A stretch of DNA of 64,000 nt from Phoronis australis (Eukaryota > Animalia > Phoronida). Numbering within the stretch: position 1 is the stretch's first letter; every line of letters begins with the position of its first letter. Shown piece after piece: positions 1 to 11,900 of the stretch. Below the pieces are notes generated by a model, which was given only the letters and a program-made list of their open reading frames with translations, did no database searches and was not told the DNA's origin. The translations under genes and the position numbers were made by a program. The stretch is taken from the NCBI GenBank assembly GCA_002633005.1, contig NMRA01000100.1, forward strand, positions 827,822-891,821. The letters are read 5' to 3'.

Positions 1-2414
1 CACCATCACTAAAATATAAATTCCCGGTGGTAACTTGGCACAAAATTTTCACGCTAATTGCAGTTCTCCTGAACCTTATTTAATATCCATTCAGTAATAG
101 AATGCAATGCCAAGAGCAGGAGAAAGTCCACATCTTAATTGGTTCTGCACTCACTTCCATTCTGCAAATACAACTGATTGACTGACTATGTTCAATGGTG
201 AGTCGCAGTAATGCGCTTGCTCAATGGACAGCCAATGTAGAAATAGTTAGGTTGCGGGTCCTTTGTTGCCATTTCCATAGCTTTCTATTGTTGGATGGAG
301 AGCTGGTAACAGACAGGGGAACAGTATTGCTTCTACAAGATAATGAGGGATGCACCAGGGTCTGTATTTTTAGTAAAGACATTATCAAAAGACGTTGCTT
401 TCTCTTTTAAAATTGATGTGTACTCCAGTTGACATGAGCACTCTTTTACACACAGCATTCCTTAATACCAGAGTCATAATTACCATGAGTACTGTTACTG
501 TAATTTCTACTAAATCTACAGAATAAAATTAAACCAGCAAATAGTGAGCAATCATTAATTCCAAGCACTAGAACAAGTAGTTCAGCTACCTGCAGTTAGA
601 ATATAGAAAAACAGCTGAACCATATGCTAAAAACATGGCACATCTAACTTAACATGGTCTAGAAACAACAATGACATGTTTACTAAAACATTGCCAACAA
701 CTGCATGCAGATGACATTAATTAGTATTCAAAATAGTACACCAATCAGACAAACTCGCATGTGTGAGAAAAACTGCCAGGCTCATTTCGTCAGTAAACAG
801 AGTTAATTCGGGTTCACTGCACCACGTTAATTCAGTCCTGACACCTGTGGCATATCAACGGAAGCCAACAGTTGAAGTACTGCAATCCTATTCAAGCCGC
901 AGACAGCTTAAACATGTGTTTCTTGTGAACGTCAAACACACAGAATTATGATGGAAATTATTGATCTCAAATCAAATGGTTCTCTACGAAAGCAGTTTTA
1001 TAAAAATATCTCAATTCCTCAAACTTATGGCCAACCCCACAGGAGGCAAAAGCAAACCTTCTAAATACCCCAGACCACAGACTCCTGCCATGTATGAGAA
1101 ACGCATAGTACACTTCCATGTCATTCTCTTGCTTGGATGAGAAAAATGCTTTCCAAGCCAATGACCACCAAATGTAAACGGACATGGCAAACAATTAAAA
1201 AGTTGAGGCCTGTGGGTTTGATGGAGCTGTCACATAACATAGCCGTATAGAGAATTGCCTGTGGCTATTCCTGCTTCATTACCTACAGTCTCCACTGTCG
1301 CTAGCACTACAAGAGCTTTGTACGGCAAAACGCATTTTAAACTGGCGACTTCATATTGATGACATCGCTAATTTTCATTTAAAAGTGTCTGTGACCAGCG
1401 GCGCAGTGAACGCAAATTCTGAATTTACAATAACTGAGGTAGCGTCACCAAGAGTTGAGCTGGTCTCTTCCATCTCAGCATTAAAATTTGCAGAAAGATG
1501 TCACTTTTGCAAAGATGACATTCTTTCTCGCAAACCCATTGCTTTGCACTTCATAATAAGCAAAATTGTGGGAATTGTCACAGAATTACGTACAAAACCG
1601 CAAACCAAGAGTGCAACATTACGTCTGAAGTTACTTTTTAAGAAATATCCAAATTGGATGCTTCAATAGCTCTGAGTTTTCATCACTCACAACGAGGGCC
1701 AATCAACAGGGGAGAACAGAACTGACAACAAACAAGCGTGTTGTCTGTTGGGGGCCATCAAGACTATGAATGATGAAACAAGTTGTGTTAAATAGACCAA
1801 CTCAGTTTTAATATGGTACACATAATGTGAGATATTCGGATTCAGCATAACAGTTGCAGCTAGGGCATGGAATCTGCCTCAATTTTTGTTTGATAAGAAT
1901 GGTATATCATAGTTCAATATAATGAATACGCAAACAGTGTAGTTATCCAAAGATACATCTTAAGGTTATATGCAAGAACTTCTGAAGCAATCAAAATGCG
2001 AAACATGTAAAAACATGATTTTCGTTACTTTGCACAATTCTGCTCTAGTAACGACCTATAAAAGAATTTTGTGAAACTACCTAAAAGCACGGGACAAAAT
2101 TCCTCGGCAGCTAGGACATGGGCCTGGGTCGTTTGGTAACAGTCGCTTACAGGGGTCCTGCACTTTGAGAACCAGTTTTCTCCACTGAATAACTGGCATC
2201 AAACTGGTTCTCAAAATCTGAGCCTCGTGTAAGGTACTATTACTTGGTGCGATTTGTCACCACATGTCAAGGGGTGCTTTCACCAACTGCCCAGGTATCA
2301 TGACGTTGATCTGGGTTTTGAATGCATAGCGACAACAGAATGGTTCTCTGACCTTCAGTTGTTTTTGCACACACACATTTTACCACCGCATAGACATATA
2401 ATAAAAAGGCATAC

Positions 2415-2532
2415 CTGATTATACTTGGATGGATTCATCCATGCCAGGACATTCTGTTCCAGATAGGCCTGGGCCTGGGCAGCTATGGGGTTACCACTGT
2501 AACCATGACTACGGTTGTGACGTGATGATGAC
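2415..2532 (-). CDS. KIF26: KIF26A/B-like kinesin-11, coding exon 4; the gene continues beyond the left edge
   Basis: Acceptor ctttattacag|G, donor CAG|gtatgc, 118 nt, phase 2-0, compatible with exon 3. NPIAAQAQAYLE matches recalled KIF26 NSVAIQAHQYLD. Confidence 0.85.
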
Positions 2533-5500
2533 CTGTAATAAAGGACAGCATTTTGCAATTCTGTTTAATGCAAATGTCTTTTCACAAGTCACCTTTGCAA
2601 ACTCATATTTTAAGAATTTCTTTTTTATATGAGCAACATTAGACTGCGCTTGCTGCAACACAAACCTTAAAAGGGCATACTGCAAGAGAAATGTCAACGA
2701 AGGCAGCTGCTGATTTATGGCGCACTATGCACAGTATTCAATAAAACAAGATTCCACTTTATGAATCCAAACCTTGGTTGGAGTTGAGCTATCTCAAAAT
2801 GGCTGAGATCACGCTGAAGTTAAAAATGTTTCGATTTCTTGGTTAAATGACTCCAAACAAACCTGTTTAAACACCTCACATCAAGCGAAATATAAATGCT
2901 GACAAAATTCAAAGACTCACAGAAACTCTTGACCAAAACACTCACTCCTCACTGCAAGATTCTCTGTTTTGTTTTTTTACACAACACTACATAAAGAAAT
3001 GCGAAAGAACTCATTGCTGTAGCTAACATCAAAACGATTATTACGATTATTATGCATGTCTAAAACCTCAATAACCCAAAGGCAGAGTAAAAACTGAAAA
3101 AACTAGAACTCGGACCCCTTTGTTGAAAACAAATCCTATTTCCATCTAGACTACAATAAGTAACTTAATACACGTAATCCTGTTTGTGAACAGACATGTT
3201 TTAATAGCAACAAAACAAAATCACCCAAGGCATCTCGAATTAGAAAACTATTATGTAACAGTTAATAGCTTGATCATGCAAAATATGACTCAAACTAATG
3301 CCAATAAAGACTGACATTTGAAAGTTTTTTACAAGGGTTGCTGCTGGACATCCAAACTTGCTTTGTGGCCACAGCGGGTACCATACATGTCATCCTCATC
3401 AGCCATCAGCCAAAGAAAATTTTTCATCTCCGCTGTTCTAGAATCCATAGTCAGCCACTAAATCCAGCAGAAACAGTGAGCGTGCCCACAACTTTCTACA
3501 TTAAAACTTGAATTGGTCACACTATTTTACCTAGCTAAAGTACAGAACTTCAAAGGGATACTTCTTCTGATTTTTACATCAAATTAGTCGTAATTGGTAA
3601 TTGGTATGCTATCAATACACCTCGATAGAGTGGATTAATTACATGTTTGTGCATGGGTGCTTTAAGAAATCTGCAAACACGTTTTACAGCTGATGCTAGG
3701 TCTTGCAGGGTCATACTACATGGAGTAATCGGGTCACACGTAATAACAGATTAGATACACCTGTGCAGTGTAATACTGTTGCATGTAAACAAGTGAATGT
3801 TCTTGGGAATACAAACAACACTACAGATAGCAGCAGGTTTCAAACTACAGTATGAGTTAAAAGTGAAGAAATTTTAAAGATCTCCCATTTATATAGTTCA
3901 CTTACAAATAATCTTGCAACTTCTTCAAATGTCATACATTATTTTGGGGTTTTAGCAAAAATCAATCCCAAACTAAATGTCAAACTTGAAACTGAATATC
4001 ATAATTTCATTTTTATATTTTTGCCCCCAAAAACTAACCGCTACTCTCCCAAATTCAAACAAAACATCTGTCGTAAGAATTCTTTTTTTGGATTAGTTAC
4101 CAGATCAGAATAGTTAGTCAATAAATTACGAGAATAACAACCAATACAAATACAATATTCAACAAGAACAAAAGCAATCTGGACTAATTACATGGCTGAG
4201 ACTGCAGTAAATTAATACAGTCTCAAAGGCACGACTGATCCACTGGGTATTGGAACAACACGCATGCCATTAATTGCGATGCATCAGCTGAAAAAACTAA
4301 TTTAATGACTGTTCATCTGTTCGCAGAACTGGGGTGTATTTTCAGCAGAAAGCCCAAGCCAGGGGCTTTATAACAGATCATTTAATTATCTACGGTAATT
4401 AATTTGTCATCAACCAGTATTGGGCCAATACCACACAAAGCTGTTCAATATACAACAAGGTGCATGGATGGATTACACAGTAAGTGAATCACATGAAGAC
4501 AATCCCTACTTACACTTTTTAATCAAACTGAATGCTCTTTGGCTAGATAATGCAAAGGCCTCATTTATGATAATCTAGATAGTTAATACCATGTCAAGAT
4601 TTGAATTTAGCACCAGAAGCAAAATGCCCATGGTCACGCCATTTTACTTCTGGGTTTTGTTTGTGAAGCATGGTAAGTCTATAAAAGAAATTTAACTTCT
4701 TGGTTATGCTCCAAATTAAAACATAGAAGCAAAAGTATGCTCGCCAGGTTAAAGTTTGTGATCTAAACACGTCTTGGCACAAAATCATTTAAAAACCTAT
4801 GCAGCGAAGATCAATCCTGCACGTTGTCTACCAGTTGTGTAAATCAATGGACGTACAACCTTACTAAGAACACACTTGAGATTGCTGTTTTGGCGTATCT
4901 GAACTTCGTGCTTTTTTGTAGGAAGAGTGTCATCATCTCAGCTGCTCTTTTATCATGCAAAATACATTACAACTAATGTGGCACCAACCCTTTGATGACA
5001 GCAAGCCTCTAAGTATATGTCTGCCTGGGGAATCATTCGCACTACTCGTATGGTCTCAAGTGGCAAATTTTACAGTGCTTCCTCATTGTCGTATTAATTT
5101 AAGGATGATTACAAATTGCACATCGACTAATATCAAAGCACAACAATCTATTGTGATATGAGCACTGGTTAACAGCCTTCCGCCTTCGGGTCACTCTACA
5201 TCTGGAGGAGAAGCAATGCACAGAGTAAACTGCAGCTTTCTACGATACCAGTCCAGTAGCTTGCCATCAAAACACTAACTGCTTAATAAATCTATGGTCA
5301 GCAAACTTCACAAGTATTAACACAACACAGATTATCATCAACAAATACAAGAACTCCTGTTGAAAACTTTGGTAATAACAAAGATACATTTCCCATCGTA
5401 TCACAAGTGTACTACAAAAGTGCAATATAATTTTAACTAAGATCCAAGGAGAAATTTAAGCCTAGTTTCCTGCTGACCGGTTTTCGCCTTGACACCGGCG

Positions 5501-5600
5501 CCTCAATGTCAAGAAAGGAAGAGGCTGTGAAAGTGAATCAGAAGAAAAGTTTACTTATTAAGGGATATCGGCGCTGAATTACCAACAAAATTTATTGATA

Positions 5601-6080
5601 AGGTTATGCTGGACTCCACTAAAATGTCCAAATTCAGCTAACTTTGGAACATCACATCTCAGAAATGCCTAATCGGATTCATATGAAACCTTCAGACACT
5701 AGGTATTATCCCACTATTCTGCAAAATGATGTCAGGAATTGTGGTTTAAGTTTCCTACTTCTACACAATACAAGGGGCTATCAAAAAGTTGGATTTTTAT
5801 GATTTACATACAAAAACTCCAGAGTTGCGTAAGACAAAAACAAAAGGGTAATTTAGAAAACTGTCATACTGTTTCTGAGATTTCATTTTGAACATGTGTA
5901 TTAGATGAAATTTGATCGCGTTATTGAAGCCGTTCTTTTGCTTTCAATGTACATAAGATATGCTCAAATTCACTAAGATTTCTAGTTTTAATAATATACT
6001 TTTACCGAGTTAAAACTGATAACTTTATTTTAAATATTTGACTAAATACACAGGCTGGTCAATAACATCCTACATAACCT
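5601..6080. mobile_element. Non-autonomous DNA transposon with aggttatg termini (Kolobok-like)
   Basis: TIRs aggttatgctgga and tcctacataacct. The right flank is TTAA and the left flank is degenerate. Confidence 0.55.
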
Positions 6081-8159
6081 TTAAGCCCCCTGAATTGCCA
6101 TCTTGGAAAACCATTGACCTGGTTCATATTTTGGGGTGAAACCCATTCATTTGGTTCTTTACTACAGCGAGTCAGCATAAAACCAAGGATGGACTGATGT
6201 TCGATTGCTTCAACTGAAAAATTCACTGTCATGATCTTGAGTTACACCACTTTGAAGTCTGTGATTTTGGCATGATCCGATTAGCGCTGTGTGGGACTAA
6301 ATCAAATTAAATGTGTCACCACGCTAAATTGCACAAGTAAATACACACAGAACTGCTACTTCACTTTAGTTAAACCAATATAAATAATTTCAAGTCCTAC
6401 TTGAACAGCGATAATTAATATGAATATACTTCCAAAATTTTATTCTAACAATTTACATTAAAACAAGGCTTCCAGCCAACTATGATACAACCAAAGCTTT
6501 TATTCAAACATCCAATTTCATCACATAAAGTACTTTTCTCAACTTCCCTCAATTAAAACAGCTTCAAAATGAGATGCAAACTCCCAGGTGAGTTCTTTAT
6601 CTGTATCCTAGCCTCAACAATCCCCTAGTTTCTAAGTTTTGATCCATGACTCAATTTCTTTTCTAACAAATCTGGCCTTGCATACAGGAGCACCTGTGAC
6701 AAACCCACTAATGAACTATCCAAAGAGTCCCTTAATAATCTCTTTGTTTGTTAAACAAAACAAGTATACAAAACTAAACCATTTAGTAATTAGCCGTCAG
6801 TATCTACATTCTAAAACAGTCTCAGAAAAAAAATCTCTACTTACTATTAATGTCCAATACAGTCCTTTAACTGGTATAGTTCCTTGACATGACAGTGTGT
6901 TACTGGTTGAGACAGAGCCTATGTGGACAGTATTGCCGTGGTGACGTGAGTGGGTGTGTGATGACAATAAGTGGACAGATGGGATTATATACCTTGTGTG
7001 GAGGACGTACTTGGTAAAAGCGCAAATTAATAACGTATCACTTAGAGGACTTGTTATAACTATTGAAGCCAACCAGGATGTTACTTCAAAGTGGTATCGA
7101 AAATATCTGCATAACACAATTTAACACAGTTAAGAAATGTGCTGAACCATATAGCTTATATTAACCAACAAGAGTATAAACAAAACAGAGTTCACTTAAA
7201 ATAGCTTTCTTGTGATGTTGTCAATAATTACTTTGCCCCATCATCAAACAATGCAAAACTGCTTTTAGTGCGGTTAGATTTTTTAAAAGTGTTACATTAA
7301 TCCTTTTAAAACCATGGTGATTTGTTTTGTCCAAACTCAGTTCTTCATTTCCCAATAGATGTCAGCACATGTTAGGCAACCTCCTCTGGGCTGACAGTGC
7401 ATACTTTCTTGGATGCTAAATTTCAGACAGTACATTCTTCAAACATTCCTCATGCACAGTAATATGTCTTTCATTCGTCATAAAGCAGCAGTGGTAGGTG
7501 CCATCAATTTTAGGCAAAAGAGGCCTTTTTGCAAACCACAAAATTTTAATTACCAACTTAACATTTAACCATTATTACTACAAAATTTCCCTAAAACCTT
7601 GTTATTCAAAGAAATAACATGAATTAGAAAGCTGAAAAGTAATGTTTGCAGCAATGTATAAATCTGTCATAGCAATTTATATTTATTGTTTTTCGTGCCT
7701 GTGATGATTCTCAATCCAAAAACATTATTCTTGTCTCAAACTACTCATCGCATCAATGTCACTTTTATGACAAACATGTTGAAGATTACTATTTAAAAAA
7801 TTTCGGACTGTATTATAATATAATATTAATGTAAGGATAATTTTAATTAGATGCATGTTGTCTGTGAATTTCATGTTGATCGGACAAAAATGCAGTACTA
7901 GCAGGCATACAATGACAACTTCAAAACTACCGTGAGTAAAGTTCTTATAGACTTCAAAGCGAGGAGTCAGTTCGTTTTGATTTTGGTTCTATCAGAAGAA
8001 ATAGTTCAAGTTTTGAAATAAAGCAAGGTATTCTTACACTCCCTGTCCTCTGTAACAGGAAAAATGCCTTGTGTGGAGCTTAGGCAGAGAAAGCACAGTT
8101 GGTTGTGGTGTGCATCTTGACTCATTCTGAGACTTGTGCTCACTGACTAAAAAGAAGGC

Positions 8160-8601
8160 NNNNNNNNNNNNNNNNNNNNNNNNNNNNNNNNNNNNNNNNN
8201 NNNNNNNNNNNNNNNNNNNNNNNNNNNNNNNNNNNNNNNNNNNNNNNNNNNNNNNNNNNNNNNNNNNNNNNNNNNNNNNNNNNNNNNNNNNNNNNNNNNN
8301 NNNNNNNNNNNNNNNNNNNNNNNNNNNNNNNNNNNNNNNNNNNNNNNNNNNNNNNNNNNNNNNNNNNNNNNNNNNNNNNNNNNNNNNNNNNNNNNNNNNN
8401 NNNNNNNNNNNNNNNNNNNNNNNNNNNNNNNNNNNNNNNNNNNNNNNNNNNNNNNNNNNNNNNNNNNNNNNNNNNNNNNNNNNNNNNNNNNNNNNNNNNN
8501 NNNNNNNNNNNNNNNNNNNNNNNNNNNNNNNNNNNNNNNNNNNNNNNNNNNNNNNNNNNNNNNNNNNNNNNNNNNNNNNNNNNNNNNNNNNNNNNNNNNN
8601 N
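8160..8601. other. Assembly gap (N run)
   Basis: Run of N bases. Confidence 1.
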
Positions 8602-8676
8602 NCGGCGATTATCTTTGTCCGAAATTGGTGGAATTTTACCATAACTTCCAACACAATGTACTCGAGAATCACAAAC

Positions 8677-8912
8677 CTCAGGTTGTTGATATAAGCTGGG
8701 GGCGGCTGTCCACCTCTGACAGGTAGCCTGTTGTTGAGGCCAGCAGTAGGCTCCATCAGCTGACCATTCTCGTAGGACTGAACCATGGTGATGGCCTCGT
8801 GTCTCAGGTAATGCACGCTGGTATCACATACCTCACATTGGTCATTGGTCAGTGTCTTGTGGCAAGATTCAGGCAGTTGGAGTTTATCTTGGAGCCGCAA
8901 CAGGTCAGCTTC
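8677..8912 (-). CDS. KIF26: KIF26A/B-like kinesin-11, coding exon 3 (second CxxC-helix)
   Basis: Acceptor ttgttccaacag|GAA, donor GAG|gtttgt, 236 nt, phase 0-2. DKLQLP...CEVCDTSVHYLRHEAITMV matches recalled KIF26B DKLQVP...CDICATHLNQLKQEAIQMV. Confidence 0.9.
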
Positions 8913-11900
8913 CTGTTGGAACAATCACAAACTATCAAATTTGCATAAATGAAATGCACTTAAAGTGGGTGGCAAAACTTTAAAAACAGGCAAAGTTCTT
9001 CTCATCAAAAATCAGCAAAATGTCAAAAAAAAATCCCTGGCTCTGTTCTCTGCCGCTTCACTGATTATTTTCTTCTTTTAAGTTTCACAAAGTTCTTGAA
9101 TATAAAACATAAGCTCTACATACCTAGTCAGAAGTTAATTAGCAGACTCATGAATGCATTATCAGTTCCTAGTTTTGGAAAGACAGGACCACTTGCACAG
9201 TTAGTGCACACAGTCAAACAAGTGAACAACGATTTGCACCCCGCCACCCAGCTTATTGTATTTTGTATGTGTTAGCCTGTAACTCGCTATGCAACAGTTA
9301 GATTTTATTGGCATTGTAATAATGAATGGAGAACCAATTATGATTACCAAGGACAGCAGCAGTGGAACGATCCAAGTGCAGCGCAACACAGAGAATTATG
9401 GGTAATTATCTCAGAATCAGAGAGGGAGTTGCTGGTATTTCAATTGATCAAGGCCATAAATAAGAGACATTTGCAACAATATTCCTTGAGTTTCTTTTAT
9501 CTAAGCATTTTAGCTATTAAAGTTAATGACAAGAAAAAAGATGGCAGCTCAGTTGCATTAAGTCCATGTAAAACTACAGTAACTGGACATTGACTGAGTA
9601 CCGAGTTAAACAACCTGCTAGTGTTTCACCTCACTCTGCCTTGTTAGGTCAAAAGAAGCTGTACACAAGTCAAGGTGAACTACTGTGCTCATCCATTAGA
9701 ACAGCTAGGCATGGCTTACAACCCATCCACAATTTGTATAACTGAGACATCCTTGAAAGTGCCTGTGTCTCTCTGAATATTCCCAACTCATCACAAGTTT
9801 AGCACCCAAATGCAGACATCCCGCTTACCATAGAGTAACAATAGGTCAACATCAACACAACCTTTCTAAATCCAGGAGGGGAAAATACCCACACTCTCCA
9901 GCTCTTTACTGTACAGTTCGTTTGGTTGATATGCATTCTGATAAATAGCATTCAATGAGCTATTTAATTGAACTCTATGACCGTAATCACGTGTGAAATA
10001 TAGTGAAAACATTTTGCATTAACACATGACTCCTCAAATACTTTCCTTTTTAAGTGTCCATGCTCGGTTTAACCCCCACCCCAATTTTTTATTTCCCTAG
10101 TTTAAGGTCTAACGATCTGATTTATATTTAGCATAGTTCCCTCCACTTTCAATTGACAAGATTTTCACATACTTTTCTTTAACCATTTGAATAGTGCTTT
10201 GAACTATAATCTTTACAAATGACATTGAATTTTTTTGATAAAGTGCTCTAAAACCCATCGTTTTCATATTTTACGAGTAAAGAATGCCAAGATATAGAAT
10301 TCGCAACAGTTGCATTATACATGTTAAATGAAGTTAAAAAGAATATTTGTCTTCATTTTCGTTTTTAGCTACTTCATTCCAGTCGGCATCTTAAAAACAG
10401 AAGTTGGTAAATAAAAAATCTAAATGCAAAATCTTGCAACAGTGATCTATTGTTTGTCTAGGCCTTGCTGACTGATAAACATGAAATGTTTGGAAACCGG
10501 TGGACCGGTAGCAAAGAATAAGCAAAACCTGGGAACAGGTATGGCGAGCAGTAACCCGCTCAAGTACGGTAAATATCATGAGTAGTCAGTGAACAGAGAA
10601 TCAAAGGACCTACCTTTAACAATTCAGTTGCTTAACCTGTCACCACAACAGTGCTCTATTAATGTTTTATAATATCCATGTCATATTAATTACACATTAA
10701 GGTACACTTAACATTTACAGCCAGGTTGAGGTGACCAGGTTTAATTAGCCGGCGCCAGCAATAATTACCGGTCATCAAGACATAACCTTCCACGGTTGTC
10801 AAGTGTCCAGCTAGTTGTTATGTAATCCGGCAGTGCGTGTTGTCTTAATTAATAACTAACAAATACGCTAATAATTAGTGTACACAAGGCAGGCTTTTAT
10901 ACCCATTGTTTTCACTGACTGTTTGATCATTAATAGGAACGTGAACATTGATTTAAAGGAGTTTATATTACAGTCTCATGAAATATTTATTATTTTGTCT
11001 ACTTCACTAACAAGGCATGATTCACCACTGACAGAAAAATGCATCAATGGGAACCAATTATATGAGTCATTAAACAATAGATGTTACAGATAGTATTAGC
11101 ATAACATGGCTACCATGTATGAACACTGAAACCGTTAAGAGTAAATTGTCACTGGACCGCTACCTCCATCCAAAGAACATAAGCATTACTCAAGTCAAGC
11201 ATTTCAATTCCAAATCTTTATCAGAAGGAGAATCTGCTTAACTAAACAGGTTGAAACGACTGCCTCTCTCCATTTCTACACTGAATGAACTTGATAGTCA
11301 CATTTACTGTCAACTGACTACTTTTTATACCATTTCTTTCTAAGCAGCACGATGTGGAAACTTAAGCAAATCCACAGCCAGCAGCAGTCCTTGGAAAGTG
11401 AAACAGAAATAACCCAATTAGAATTAAGTGAAAAGCATCGCACATGACTTGATTCGTACAAAACCCTGTGCACAAAACAGTTGTGAAATCACAGTCCTGT
11501 ATTTCAACTGAGAAAAAAGAACAGACCTGCCACTGTAAGTTGCTGGATGATAATAAAAGATCCCAGAAGCCACTGTTCCTCAGTTCCTCATGTCAACATG
11601 AATCATCTAGTCAAATTCTCAAATTCTTTCCTGTCACATGCAGCACAAAAGCTCAATGCTGAATCCCAGATTGGCTAATGCAGTACAAAAACACATGGAC
11701 AATGGCCCAGTTATTGACAGGTAGTCAACACAGCCCCATACCTGCAGTAAAGCAGTCTACAGCTAACTAATTACCTTCATTAAACAATAATTTAAAAGGC
11801 ACACACAAAGGAGGACAATGGTAATGCCCTGTCTATTACAGTAAGTCAGGCCCACTTGTTTATGTATCATGACATGGTCAAGAGAGCTATTGACAAGGCC

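Noticed and set aside
150-516. Possible fifth KIF26 exon near the left edge
   Set aside because: Splice-like sites exist, but every frame I checked hits a stop, and the expected AASFF.RAAQKL motif is absent.
8034-8694. Long ORFs spanning 8160-8601
   Set aside because: Artefacts of translating through the N gap; only 8677-8912 is a real exon.
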